The notes below the pieces were generated by a model, which saw only the letters and a list, made by a program, of their open reading frames with translations, searched no databases and had not been told where the DNA came from. A stretch of 63,395 nucleotides of DNA, the filler included, from Octopus bimaculoides (taxonomy: Eukaryota): NCBI RefSeq assembly GCF_001194135.2. It is 5 parts of 5 records of this genome, joined end to end, with 100 filler letters (N's around TTAATTAATTAA, not from the genome) between each part and the next. Parts side by side here need not be neighbours in the genome. Positions count along the whole stretch, not along the records: positions 28,349 to 43,063 come from NC_068981.1; positions 43,164 to 55,316 come from NC_069009.1; 3 more parts are not named here. One strand, 5' to 3'. Shown here one piece after another: positions 37,153 through 50,825 of this stretch (positions within the stretch are counted from its first letter, which is position 1; each line of letters begins with the position of its first letter). Made by a program: the position numbers and the translations under genes.

Positions 37153-40100
37153 NNNNNNNNNNNNNNNNNNNNNNNNNNNNNNNNNNNNNNNNNNNNNNNN
37201 NNNNNNNNNNNNNNNNNNNNNNNNNNNNNNNNNNNNNNNNNNNNNNNNNNNNNNNNNNNNNNNNNNNNNNNNNNNNNNNNNNNNNNNNNNNNNNNNNNNN
37301 NNNNNNNNNNNNNNNNNNNNNNNNNNNNNNNNNNNNNNNNNNNNNNNNNNNNNNNNNNNNNNNNNNNNNNNNNNNNNNNNNNNNNNNNNNNNNNNNNNNN
37401 NNNNNNNNNNNNNNNNNNNNNNNNNNNNNNNNNNNNNNNNNNNNNNNNNNNNNNNNNNNNNNNNNNNNNNNNNNNNNNNNNNNNNNNNNNNNNNNNNNNN
37501 NNNNNNNNNNNNNNNNNNNNNNNNNNNNNNNNNNNNNNNNNNNNNNNNNNNNNNNNNNNNNNNNNNNNNNNNNNNNNNNNNNNNNNNNNNNNNNNNNNNN
37601 NNNNNNNNNNNNNNNNNNNNNNNNNNNNNNNNNNNNNNNNNNNNNNNNNNNNNNNNNNNNNNNNNNNNNNNNNNNNNNNNNNNNNNNNNNNNNNNNNNNN
37701 NNNNNNNNNNNNNNNNNNNNNNNNNNNNNNNNNNNNNNNNNNNNNNNNNNNNNNNNNNNNNNNNNNNNNNNNNNNNNNNNNNNNNNNNNNNNNNTCGACT
37801 GATCCCCTCTCCCAAAATTTCGGTCCTTGTGCCAAGAGTAGAAAGGATTATTATTATTATTATTATTACTATTATTGTTGTTGTTGTTGTTGTTGTTGCT
37901 GTATTTGTTTACCATGTACAAGTTAATATGTATTCATCATTATTCTATTTATTGTATTCAATGTTAGAAAAACTGGAGTATATCTTTGATAATTTCTGAG
38001 TGTATTGAACTTATTTTGTGCATGACCTTTGGTCCACCCTGTATACCATGTTCAGATATATACATTCTATGTTTTTCGGTTATTCATTATTATACACTAA
38101 AGTGCTGAGGCTCTGTTCATGTTAAGAACAGTATTTGGAATGTCGTAGTATCAAGTATAATTCGAATGCATTAAAATACCATAAAAGAAAAATACTTCAA
38201 AACAGAAGCATAACCATGAAATGGACGCAGGAGACTTGGATTTTCCTTAATGTTTTAAAACATTCGACACAAAAATTATTGATTTTTTTTTTTTTCCTTA
38301 AAATTTTAAGCAAAAGGCAATATAAGACGAGGTCAATATCATCATTAAAGGAGAGCAATATTATCAAAGGAATTGTAAGCTTTCTCCAGGCATTAGCATC
38401 GGAACTGAAATAAATTATCTTCAGCCATGTATTGAAACTAGGTCGCTGGAACTGGCTTCAAGCGATGACCCTAACCTCCACAGATTAAAAATTACAAAAA
38501 CAGAATGCTATGAATCTCTTGGTTGATGGACCACAAGTTCAGATTTATATTGCTGTGTATCCTCTAATAATCATAGTCTCCAGTCAAGCTGGGAAACGGC
38601 AGTCATATTGCAAGAGAGAGAGCATTGGTTTCTTCAGGTCAAAGAAACGTCGCCATAACAACATGCTCAGCGTGGGGGGTTAAGAAAGAACATCTTTTGT
38701 TTCTTTACAACAAGACAGATGGAGCCTTCTCTTGCCCTATCAAATAATCTCTCACAATTTAAGTAAATGATATGGGGAAAATTTTCATCTTAATTTTGTT
38801 TTCTTCCTCACTGTATTATTCTTTCTCTCTCTCTCTCTCTCTCTCAGTCTCGCTGTCTTGTATACATGCATTCTCTCTTTCTCTCCCTCGCTCTGTCTCT
38901 GCGATTAATAAAGATGCATCACTTTGCAGATGACCCTTGTCCAGAAGACATGTCATTTCAGTAGTGACCTTTCACATTTATACACCCATTCTCTTTATGC
39001 ATCTAATTTCACGTCAAACTAGATTCTTTTTCTTTTTACTTTTATTTATTCTTTTGTTTCCTTTCATTGTTATCTTTAATTTTCCTTATATCTCCTGCAT
39101 TTTATTGTTTCTAAAATCTTCTTCACCCTCATTCACCCCCCTCTCTCTCTCTCTCTCTCCCTCTCTTCATTTATATCTTTCTTTCTAATTCTTTTCGTTC
39201 ATTTTAATTTCAAATTTTTTTTTCCCCATTTATTGATTATTTTTTTATTAATCCATAAATATCCTCTGCTGAACCAAAGATTTCTCTCGATTAATTTGCG
39301 TTGCTTTTGTTTCGGAGATGCTTGAGAAAGGCGACGCTTGCGATGATGGTGGTGGTTGTGATGGAGAACGGTAGTATTAATAGTTTTGCTGTTGTTGTTG
39401 TTGTTTGTGAGTTGATGATCACCAACAGCGGTGATGGCTGAGTTGGGGTTAATCGTTGCAATGGTGATTGTTTTGATGGTTGTGAGTGTAAGGATGATAG
39501 ATGTGATGTCAGTGATGATGGTGGTGGTGGTGGTGGTGATGCTACTACTGCTACTACTACTACTACTAATAATAATAATAATAATAGCAGCAGAAGCAGT
39601 AGCAGCAGCATTTATTGTAGTAGTAGTAGTAGTAGTAGAAGAAGTAGTAGTAGTAGTAAAGCTGATTGTGTTTTGATTGTTTTAATAGTTATATTCATGT
39701 TGCTAACGATTACGATGGACATGAAATCGTAGTAATGGTGGTGGTGGTGGTGGTGGTGGTGGTGGNNNNNNNNNNNNNNNNNNNNNNNNNNNNNNNNNNN
39801 NNNNNNNNNNNNNNNNNNNNNNNNNNNNNNNNNNNNNNNNNNNNNNNNNNNNNNNNNNNNNNNNNNNNNNNNNNNNNNNNNNNNNNNNNNNNNNNNNNNN
39901 NNNNNNNNNNNNNNNNNNNNNNNNNNNNNNNNNNNNNNNNNNNNNNNNNNNNNNNNNNNNNNNNNNNNNNNNNNNNNNNNNNNNNNNNNNNNNNNNNNNN
40001 NNNNNNNNNNNNNNNNNNNNNNNNNNNNNNNNNNNNNNNNNNNNNNNNNNNNNNNNNNNNNNNNNNNNNNNNNNNNNNNNNNNNNNNNNNNNNNNNNNNN

Positions 40101-41791
40101 NNNNNNNNNNNNNNNNNNNNNNNNNNNNNNNNNNNNNNNNNNNNNNNNNNNNNNNNNNNNNNNNNNNNNNNNNNNNNNNNNNNNNNNNNNNNNNNNNNNN
40201 NNNNNNNNNNNNNNNNNNNNNNNNNNNNNNNNNNNNNNNNNNNNNNNNNNNNNNNNNNNNNNNNNNNNNNNNNNNNNNNNNNNNNNNNNNNNNNNNNNNN
40301 NNNNNNNNNNNNNNNNNNNNNNNNNNNNNNNNNNNNNNNNNNNNNNNNNNNNNNNNNNNNNNNNNNNNNNNNNNNNNNNNNNNNNNNNNNNNNNNNNNNN
40401 NNNNNNNNNNNNNNNNNNNNNNNNNNNNNNNNNNNNNNNNNNNNNNNNNNNNNNNNNNNNNNNNNNNNNNNNNNNNNNNNNNNNNNNNNNNNNNNNNNNN
40501 NNNNNNNNNNNNNNNNNNNNNNNNNNNNNNNNNNNNNNNNNNNNNNNNNNNNNNNNNNNNNNNNNNNNNNNNNNNNNNNNNNNNNNNNNNNNNNNNNNNN
40601 NNNNNNNNNNNNNNNNNNNNNNNTTGTGGTTAAGAGCGTTGGTTTCATAGTTGTGTTCCTAATTGCTGTTACTTATATAGTAACTCACGCAGTCGTTATC
40701 GTTTTAAGGCAGCAACCTGGCAGGATCGTTAACCCGCCGCAAAAAATGTTTAGCAGCATTTCTTTCTTCCGGACACTTTTATGTTCGGAATTCGACACTC
40801 ATTCTTTCACCCTTTCTTCACTTCTTTCAAATTTTCCATTGAACACATAGAAACCTTAACCCTAACTTCCTAATTTTCCCCTTTTATCAATGTTCACACA
40901 ATACATCAGTACAGCAAAGAATGAACAAAGAGGAAACTTTTATCAATAAATTTCATCCACAACTGAACATGAACACATAACATCATACAGAACACTACTA
41001 ACCTTACCAATAATACCACTAACCCCCATACACCATTTGCATTCCAGTATTATATCTAACCTACCTGCACCACATCTATAACTACTTACCTCCCTTACAC
41101 ATAATCTTTTTACTCAGGGTCGAGGAAACCCAATACCGTTTGGTAATCGGTGTGCATTCAAAGCCAGTGAAACTAATAATTGGCGAAACCGGTATGACTT
41201 TGATTCCCTTTAACAATTCATAAGGAATTTAATTCCTCTTAATTCTACCTCAGTTCATCTAATTGTATATATCTATCCATACTTTTCATTAAAAAAAAAA
41301 GGGTTTATTTTTTTGATATCCAATGTACATTTTCGCTTTTTTCTTCTCACTTTCCCCATATCTTTTCCATGTGTAGTTTGTATTCTCTTTTTGAAACATA
41401 TTTTTATTATATATATATATATATGGGAGAATATACAAAAAATAACAACAGACGAGGACAGGTGGTGTAAATAACAAAAGTATATATTAGTATGANNNNN
41501 NNNNNNNNNNNNNNNNNNNNNNNNNNNNNNNNNNNNNNNNNNNNNNNNNNNNNNNNNNNNNNNNNNNNNNNNNNNNNNNNNNNNNNNNNNNNNNNNNNNN
41601 NNNNNNNNNNNNNNNNNNNNNNNNNNNNNNNNNNNNNNNNNNNNNNNNNNNNNNNNNNNNNNNNNNNNNNNNNNNNNNNNNNNNNNNNNNNNNNNNNNNN
41701 NNNNNNNNNNNNNNNNNNNNNNNNNNNNNNNNNNNNNNNNNNNNNNNNNNNNNNNNNNNNNNNNNNNNNNNNNNNNNNNNNNNNNNNNNNN

Positions 41792-41825
<34 letters not shown>

Positions 41826-41834
41826 GGCGGCCTT

Positions 41835-41972
41835 CTTCCTTTCCACTCACCAGGCTTTAGTCGCCCCGAGGCTATACTAGACTACACATGACCCAACATG
41901 ACACGCAGCGAGAGTGAACCCGAAACCACGTAGCTGGGAAGCAAGCTTCTTACCACGCAGCCACGCCTGTTA
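41835..41972 (-). mobile_element. SINE-A 5' half
   Basis: aagcttcttaccacgcagccacgcct. Confidence 0.75.
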
Positions 41973-43063
41973 TTGCAGTGCGGATTTCTGTTGTTCTTGT
42001 TTCTGTTGGTGGTGGTAGCGGTGGTGATGATTGTAGTACTGGCGGTGGTGGCGGTATTGAAGAAGTTGTAGTTGGAACAGCCGTATTTGTTACTGGTGCA
42101 ACTATAGTAGCGTTAGTTTTTGTAGATTTTATTTCTCAGTTACTTGTTTGATGTGTTAGATTATTCGTGCTTAATTATTCTTTATTAATTAATTTTTTTT
42201 TTTTTTCAGATATTCAATTATTTACTATTTTATTCATTTAAACAACTCGAGTATAGTTTTCGTTAAACAAATACAATTACAAAAGTAAAACTGTTGCAAT
42301 CTCACTTGTCGTCATCGTCGATAGATGTCGCAGCGGTGGTAGTGATGGTGGCAGCACCTCTAATTGCGACTGCAACGGTAGAGCTGACACAGCGGCGGCA
42401 GCGGTGGTAGCGGCGACACAGCGGCGACATAGCGGCGGCAACAGTGACATAGCGGTGGTAGCTGCGATATAGCAGGGACAGCGGTGATATGGTGGTGGCA
42501 GCGGCCAATTGGCGGCGACAACGGCCATGTAACAGTTGCAACAGCAACATGGGGTGCAGCGACGATATAGCGGCGGCAACGATAACGGCGGCGGTGGTAT
42601 CGGTGGTGGCGGAGGTAGCGACGCTAACGGCGCTGACAATGCTGACGGCAGATGCGGCGATAGTTGTGATGGATCTGGTGGTGGTGGTGGTGATGGTGGT
42701 CTTGGAGTGATAGGGTGAGATAAATGCTAATGAAACAAGTATTTTAAGCAACTGTGAAGTCAAGGAAGAAAAGAAAGCAACAGTACCAACAACATCGACA
42801 TCAATAACAACAAAACAATATAAACATAAGGCGCCAAAACATTGACAATTATTAACAAACTCACCCTAATTCACCAGAGAGAAATAAAATGTATTTATTA
42901 TATATCTTTGGTGATAACTGAGAGGAGGATGTATAAATATATATATGAATATTAGTGTGTATACACAAACACACATATATGTATGTATATAGATATATGT
43001 ATATGTATGCATATGTGCATATTTATATATATATGTGTGTATATACATATATATATATATATA

Positions 43064-43163
43064 NNNNNNNNNNNNNNNNNNNNNNNNNNNNNNNNNNNNN
43101 NNNNNNNTTAATTAATTAANNNNNNNNNNNNNNNNNNNNNNNNNNNNNNNNNNNNNNNNNNNN
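43064..43163. other. Artificial scaffold join (44N-TTAATTAATTAA-44N)
   Basis: Identical 100-bp construct. Confidence 0.95.
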
Positions 43164-43180
43164 TATATATATATATATAT

Positions 43181-43325
43181 GGAGTGGTTGGCATTAGGAA
43201 AGGCATCCAGCCATAGAAGCCATGCCAAATCAAACTGGAACCTGGTGCAACTCCTCAGCTTAACAATTTTCAGTGAAACTGTCCAACCCATGCCAGCATG
43301 GAAAATGGATGTTAAATGATGGTGA
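43181..43325 (+). mobile_element. RTE-type 3' end fragment
   Basis: gagtggttggcattaggaaaggcatccag..catggaaaatggatgttaaatgatggtgatgat. Confidence 0.75.
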
Positions 43326-43731
43326 TGATAGATAGATAGAAATACATGAATTCACACACAGACATGAACTTAAGCTGTTCTGGTTCTTCATCTCTCTGTG
43401 TTCCCCCCTCTACTCCTCTCCCTCGAACTACTACACTATATAGCAACTTTGAGCCCATGCCTGTAGTGGTGGTGGTGGTGGTGGGAGAGGGGTTTCTTCA
43501 TGGTTGGGAGAGGGATTTCTTCACATGCTAGAAACGACAATTAAACCTACATCAAATCATACCATACTGACTTAGATAAACAAAGTACACACTGGGTAAT
43601 GCAGCACTAGATACACCATCATCACCATCGTCATTATCACCATTAACATCGTCATCGTCATCACTATCATCGGCATCATAATCAGCATTGTCATCATCCT
43701 CGTTGTTTGTCATTGTCATCATCATCTACAT

Positions 43732-44129
43732 CAGGGGTTTTCAAACTTTTTGACTTGTGGACCCCAAAGAAAAAAAAAATAAAGGGGGTCTTTTTGACTT
43801 GTGGACCCCTTTATATTTCAGGCTTTACCTTAGGGACCCCCTTATAAACGCTTATGAAATTTATACATAAATATTTGCTTAAAATAACATATATTTTTAC
43901 ATTTATTTATTTAACAGTATTTAACAAATAGGTTTATTGTCAATTAAAAGATTTCGATTAAAAAACATATATAAAATCAAATTGCCCATAAAAAGTATTT
44001 GCTGTCCACGGACCCCCTGTCTTGTNNNNNNNNNNNNNNNNNNNNNNNNNNNNNNNNNNNNNNNNNNNNNNNNNNNNNNNCTGTCCACGGACCCCCTGTG
44101 GTCCGCGGACCACAGTTTGAAAACCCCTG
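43732..44129. mobile_element. hAT-family MITE (contains a gap)
   Basis: TIRs CAGGGGTTTTCAAAC / GTTTGAAAACCCCTG (15 bp perfect); perfect 8-bp TSD atctacat. Confidence 0.92.
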
Positions 44130-44257
44130 ATCTACATCATTATCATTGTCATTAGTATCAGTGACATCACCATCAATGTCATCAGGACCATTGTCATCAT
44201 CATCGTCATCACTATCATTGTTATCATCATCATCATCTTCATTATCAGCTGTCATTG

Positions 44258-44305
<48 letters not shown>

Positions 44306-44574
44306 CTGACCTCATCAGTTTAATGTCCAGTCTTCGTTTTCCATGCTTCTATGGGTTAAACAATTTGTTGAAGCAGATTTTCGACAGTCGGCTGGATGCT
44401 CTTCCTGTCACCATCCTGTTTCCAAGCAAGCTAATATCCCCCCCCACCCTGCCCCAATGGAGGGATATTTTCTCAAGAAAGACAAAAAATAAGATTTGCC
44501 ACAAGGGACTCTCCTTGTATGATAATAATGTTCATTTATAACTACCCTGTGATGCCCTGACCCAGAGACACAAA

Positions 44575-44750
44575 CACACATTTAAAATATATAAGAAGGC
44601 TTCCACACAGTTTTCATCAACTGAATCCACTCACAAAGCTTTGGTGGGCCCAGTTCTATAGCAGAACTTATCCAAAGAGCTGCACAGTGGGACTGAACCT
44701 GAAACCACGAGGTTGCAAAAGAATCTTGTTAACCACACAGCCATACCTAC
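44575..44750 (-). mobile_element. SINE-A 5' half
   Basis: aatccactcacaaagcttt..cagtgggactgaacct..aaccacacagccatacct. Confidence 0.75.
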
Positions 44751-44820
44751 AACTATTACACACACACACACTATGATACTCACAGGTAGAATGCTGAATT
44801 GAAATACAGCAACAACTAAT

Positions 44821-45400
44821 ATCCACTAATACTAACTACTATACTGTACATTAGATAATGTAGTCCAAGATACACTATGTCTGAATAAAAGATGGGATGG
44901 TCATATCTGGAACATCTTTGATTGTATGCCTACTGGATCAGGACTGACCTGGGGCTAAACAACAACGTCTATGGCCATTAATACTAACTACTATGCTATA
45001 CATTGAATAATGTATTCCGAGATACAATATGTTAGAATAAAAGATGGGATGGTCACAAATGGAACATCTTTTATCATAGGTCTGCTGGATCAGGAATGAC
45101 CATGGGCTAAACAACAATCACTATAGCCATTAATACTAACTAATAGTGTATATTCGATAATGTAGTCCAAGATACACTATGCCTGAATAAAGTATGGGTT
45201 GATCACAGATGGAACATCTTGGATGATGTATCACCTGGATCATGACTAGCCTGGGGCTAAACAACTGCTATAGCCCCTATTATCATCTACTGTACTAAAC
45301 TTTAGATAATGTAGTCCAAGGTACACTTTGTTTGAATTAAAGATGGGATGGTCACAGCAGGAACACCTCAGGTCTACTAGACTGAAAAATGACCCCAGGA
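44821..45400. repeat. Tandem array of four ~150-bp units of dispersed repeat family D
   Basis: Anchor gataatgtagtccaagatacact at about 44854, 45006, 45156, 45305. Confidence 0.9.
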
Positions 45401-46228
45401 TATAAAACACCAGCAACTGCCCTGCCCTTCTTCGTTTATCTCCTACCACCATCCTCAAACCTTCGTCTCCACCCCCACCCCCCGCCACCGCCACCAAATC
45501 TAATTCTGTAATAAGATAAACCATATACAGGTGTAGTTGAATGGCTCAGGGGACGGGGTAGGGCACTTGTTGGTATATATTTTGAGTTCCGCTTCAGCGC
45601 AATGCACTCGCCGCCATCCNNNNNNNNNNNNNNNNNNNNNNNNNNNNNNNNNNNNNNNNNNNNNNNNNNNNNNNNNNNNNNNNNNNNNNNNNNNNNNNNN
45701 NNNNNNNNNNNNNNNNNNNNNNNNNNNNNNNNNNNNNNNNNNNNNNNNNNNNNNNNNNNNNNNNNNNNNNNNNNNNNNNNNNNNNNNNNNNNNNNNNNNN
45801 NNNNNNNNNNNNNNNNNNNNNNNNNNNNNNNNNNNNNNNNNNNNNNNNNNNNNNNNNNNNNNNNNNNNNNNNNNNNNNNNNNNNNNNNNNNNNNNNNNNN
45901 NNNNNNNNNNNNNNNNNNNNNNNNNNNNNNNNNNNNNNNNNNNNNNNNNNNNNNNNNNNNNNNNNNNNNNNNNNNNNNNNNNNNNNNNNNNNNNNNNNNN
46001 NNNNNNNNNNNNNNNNNNNNNNNNNNNNNNNNNNNNNNNNNNNNNNNNNNNNNNNNNNNNNNNNNNNNNNNNNNNNNNNNNNNNNNNNNNNNNNNNNNNN
46101 NNNNNNNNNNNNNNNNNNNNNNNNNNNNNNNNNNNNNNNNNNNNNNNNNNNNNNNNNNNNNNNNNNNNNNNNNNNNNNNNNNNNNAGGATTTGAAAAAGA
46201 GAAACTGAAAGAAGCCCGTTATATGTAT

Positions 46229-46263
<35 letters not shown>

Positions 46264-47166
46264 AAGAAACATGCAACCTAACTACATGGTAACACCTTGG
46301 GCAAATGTCTTTTATTGTCTTGGGTTGATCAATGGTTTCTGAGTGAATCTGCTAGATGGAAACTGTTTGAAAGCCCACTCTTTGTATATATGTGTGTGTA
46401 GTGGTGGTGGGGTGCATTTGTTTGTCCCCTATTCCTCATCAGTTGAAAACCAGTGTTGGTTTTGTTTATGTCCCTGTAACTTAATGGTCAGACACACACA
46501 CACTCCCATATAGATATGTGTGTGTGTGTGTGTCTATCTCAATGTGTGTGTATTTTTGTGTGTATTTTTGTGTATTTTTGTGTTCGCCTTTGTCATCCCC
46601 CACTGACAGCACCACTTCAAAAACAGGTACTGGCTTATTTACATCTCCGTAACTTAGCAAATCAGCAAAAGTAACTGATCAAATAATAACCAGACTTAGA
46701 AAAAAAACAAACAAAAAAAATAAACAAACAAAAACATAGGTACTGAGGGTGATTTGTTTGATCAAAACCCTTCAAAGCAATGCTCCAGCATGGCCGCATT
46801 CCAATAACTGCAACAAGTAAAAGACCTAAAAGATAATTATTATTTACATTATTGTTAATGTGGTTGTATTTATTGCTGTTGTTGTTTTTGCTATTATTAT
46901 TTTTATTATCATTATTCTTTTTATTATTGTTGTTGTTGTTGTTATCGCTATCATAACATAAAGCTGTTGTTTGTTTTGACTGTGTCATGCGGCAGTCTTC
47001 AGAGGATAAACTTTCAACGAACCGAAACTGTGACTTTGGTCATTAACGCCGCGGCAGGAATCGCTTCATTTACCATCCTAAATGTGCCTCATAAAGAAAA
47101 GAGTGAAAAAAGTAAAAGACGCCTCATCGCCGTCTTATCGTTTTATCATCATCATCATCTCCAAAA

Positions 47167-47241
<75 letters not shown>

Positions 47242-47524
47242 CATTGTCACTATTATTATTATTATATGTGTTTTTTAAATATTTGTGTCTGTCAGTGTGT
47301 GTGTGTGTGTATGTATATGTGCGTGTGTGCGTGTATGTGTGTGTATATGTGTGCGTGCATGTATACATATATGTGTGTATGTGTATTGATATGTGTGTGA
47401 GCATTTATGTGTGTGTGTGTGTATTTTTTTGAGATTATGGTGGTGGTGGTGTGGACTTGATGCTAGTGGTGGGGGAGGAATGAGGTAAGGAACATTTTTC
47501 ACGGTAAATTAAGAAGATATCACC

Positions 47525-47556
<32 letters not shown>

Positions 47557-47659
47557 CGTCACCATCATCACCATCATCATCATCATCATCATCATCATTG
47601 TATTCGTTATCTTAATCATTATCGTTATCGTCATTGTCTTAATGTATTCTTATTAATGA

Positions 47660-48030
47660 TACTGTATGTATGTTTAAGAAGCTTGCTTCCCAACCACATG
47701 GGTCCAGGTTCAATCCCATTGCATGGCACCTTGGGCAAGAGCCTGCTATTATAGCCCTGGGCCGATCAAAGTCGCATGAGTGGATTTGGCAGACAGAAAC
47801 TGAAAGAAGCCTGTCGTGTGTATGTGTGTGCGTGTGCATGTGTGTGTGTGTGTGTGTGTGTACTTGTACAGTTGTGTGGTAAGAAGCTTACTACCCAACC
47901 ACGTGGTTCCAGGTTCAGTCCCACTGAGTGGCACCTTAGGCAAGTGTCTTCTAATATAGCCCCCTAGGCTGACCAAAGCCCTGTGAGTGAATTTGGTAAA
48001 CGGAAACTGAAAGAAGCCTGTTGTATGTGT
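47660..48030 (+). mobile_element. Two consecutive SINE-A 5' halves
   Basis: Heads at about 47670 and 47870, each ending gaaactgaaagaagcctg. Confidence 0.85.
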
Positions 48031-48049
48031 ATATACAACAGGATTGGAA

Positions 48050-48160
48050 ACAGGTAAGGGTTGGTGACAGGAAGTGCATCCAGCTGTAGAGAAAAATCTG
48101 CCTCAAATAAACTCCATCTTAGCCATCAGGAATGGGAAGTGGACATCAGATGATGATGAT
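48050..48160 (+). mobile_element. RTE-type 3' end fragment
   Basis: gggttggtgacaggaagtgcatccagctgtag..gatgatgatgat. Confidence 0.6.
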
Positions 48161-48161
48161 T

Positions 48162-48408
48162 CTTTTACTCTTTGACTTGTTTCAGTCATTAGACTGCGGC
48201 CATGCTGGGGCACCACCTCGAAGAATCTTAGTCGAACAAATCAAACCCAGTTATTGTTTTTAAGTCTTGTACTTATTCTATCAATCTTTTGCTGAACTGC
48301 TAAGTTACAGGGACATAAACACACCAACACTGGTTGTCAAGTGGTGGTGGGGGCGGTGACAAACACAGACTAAAATACACACACACTGGCATACACACAC
48401 ACTGGCAT

Positions 48409-48420
<12 letters not shown>
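48162..48420 (-). mobile_element. SINE-A 3' half
   Basis: ttcagtcattagactgcggccatgctgggg..aagttacagggacataaacacacc. Confidence 0.85.
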
Positions 48421-48487
<67 letters not shown>

Positions 48488-48663
48488 TAGTTGAGTTAGA
48501 GGATAAAATAACCGTCTAAGGGATAGAAGTATCCATTCTACTACCAGTATATTACCTATGTTTAACCCTGGGCATACATATGCAAGCATATTATGCTCAT
48601 AAATTATAGGTAAAGACAAGGATAAACATAGGTTTATCAACAATCAAAATTTTTAGAAGACAG

Positions 48664-49108
48664 ATCAATTATTATTTATTAACTCAATACAAATAGACTG
48701 CATCCCATCTAACAGCTGTTTCTGTTTCCATTGTTGTATGGTATTACCATTGATATGCTAAAAATATTTATCATATTTGGTAGTAAAACCGATCTGAAAC
48801 AAGGCACTTCATCAGAGTGAAGAATAAATAAAAAAAGAGCATAGAGGAAGAAAAAGGGAAAAGTTGAATATGATACGCCAACAAAGTGTTATGATTACAT
48901 CCATATTCAACTTTACCATTTTTCTTCTCTATGCACTTCTTTATTTATTCTTCACTCCGATGAAGCTCCTTGTTTCAGATCGGTTTTACTATCAAATATG
49001 ATAAATATTTTGAGCATATCAATGGCAAAACTATACAACATTGGAAACAGAAACAGCTGTTAGATGGGATGCAGTCTATTAATATTGAATTCATAAATAG
49101 TAATTGAT
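48664..49108. mobile_element. Fold-back element: ~208-bp inverted arms, 29-nt spacer, each arm with a hammerhead-like core
   Basis: 48664-48872 is the reverse complement of 48902-49108; cores CUGAUGA/CCGAUGA ... GAAAC-AGCU-GUU. Confidence 0.85.
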
Positions 49109-49180
49109 GTAAGTCAATTATTGTTCATCGATATTTCTCCATTTTCTGTCTTCTTTGTATGTGTGTGTGTGTGTGTGTGT

Positions 49181-49227
<47 letters not shown>

Positions 49228-49649
49228 TGTTTTTGGTAATATAATTTACACCTCATTGATCCAGAAACGAGTCTGCAATTAATCAAGGCCGGGTAAATTC
49301 GTTATTTATTCATTTTTGCCTTTGTTAGCTGCGAGTATTTGCTGTAATTTGGTAGAAAAATAGTAGTTTTGGCTGCTATTTCTAATTTTCGGTGTGTGGT
49401 GAAGCAATGCTTGCTGAACTCTAGATTTTAATTTTGTATATNNNNNNNNNNNNNNNNNNNNNNNNNNNNNNNNNNNNNNNNNNNNNNNNNNNNNNNNNNN
49501 NNNNNNNNNNNNNNNNNNNNNNNNNNNNNNNNNNNNNNNNNNNNNNNNNNNNNNNNNNNNNNNNNNNNNNNNNNNNNNNNNNNNNNNNNNNNNNNNNNNN
49601 NNNNNNNNNNNNNNNNNNNNNNNNNNNNNNNNNNNNNNNNNNNGTTCCT

Positions 49650-49945
49650 ATGCTGGAGCACTTGCCCAAGGTGTCATGCAGTGGAACTAAACCTGGCAGA
49701 ATGTGACTAGGAAGATGGCTTCTTACCACACAGCCACATTTGTGCCTATGCACACAGCCATGCCCGCATCTATACACATATATACATATGATGGGCTTCT
49801 TTCAGTTTCCATCTACCAAATCCACTCACAAGGTTTTGGTCGACCCGAGGCTATAGTAAAAGACACCTGTCATGCTATCATGGGACTGAACCCAGAACAA
49901 TGTGGTTGGGAAGCAAGCTTCTTACCACACAGCCATGCCTGCTCC
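49650..49945 (-). mobile_element. Two SINE-A 5' portions
   Basis: cacttgcccaaggtgtcatgcagtgg..; gggcttctttcagtttcc..cttaccacacagccatgcct. Confidence 0.8.
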
Positions 49946-50219
49946 TATGATGGTTATTATTATTATTATTATTTATTTAGGTTTTTAGTGTGTGACAGAC
50001 CCTATAAAATCCAACACAAAGGACTAATTATGGTGCTATATTGAACCAATAAAACAAGGAACGATTATGTCTTGAAACCGACATAATTGATGATTGTTCT
50101 CGTTAATTTGCTGGACGGTGGCTAGGGTCTAAAGCATTTATTATTATTATTATTATTGGTATTAATGAAATTGCTAATTTTAGTAATAAGGCACTTAAGG
50201 CTTAATGTTGTTATAACTG

Positions 50220-50601
50220 TTGTGACTACCGCCACTGCCATCACCACACCAATGTCAGCAGTGCTGCCACCACCACCACCACCACAACCACCACCACCAC
50301 CACCACCACCATTATCACCACAACCACCGCCACCACCATCATCACCACCACCAGAACTACTGCAGAAAACTACCACCACCAATACCGCCACTGCAAAACA
50401 CTACTATTTCCACCACCACCACCACCACTACTACTACTACTACCAGTACTACTGTGGTGTGGAAAACTAGCACACCACCACCACCACTGTCAAACACCTC
50501 CACTAACCACTACCACCACCACTACTATTGCCACAAACAACACTACCACCACCACTGCCAAACAGTGCCATCACTACCACCACTAGTACAACAACCACGA
50601 G

Positions 50602-50643
<42 letters not shown>

Positions 50644-50825
50644 CATCACTACTACCACACTATCACAATCATCATCATCACCATTGTCATCATCATCGTC
50701 ACCATCGTCATCATCATCATCATCACCATCGTCATCATCATCATCATCACCACCACCACCACCACCATCATCATCATCATCGTCATCATCATCATCATCA
50801 CCACCACCATCATCATCATCATAAC
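50220..50825. repeat. Compound (CAC)n/(TAC)n/(CAT)n tract
   Basis: Direct reading. Confidence 0.95.

Noticed and set aside
42280-42720. GC-rich region with ORFs on both strands
   Set aside because: Cryptic (GCG/GGT/ACATAGCGG) simple repeat lacking stops by composition; no splice support
44821-45400. CRISPR-like array
   Set aside because: Units are homologous along their whole length with no unique spacers, and no cas genes; eukaryotic tandem repeat
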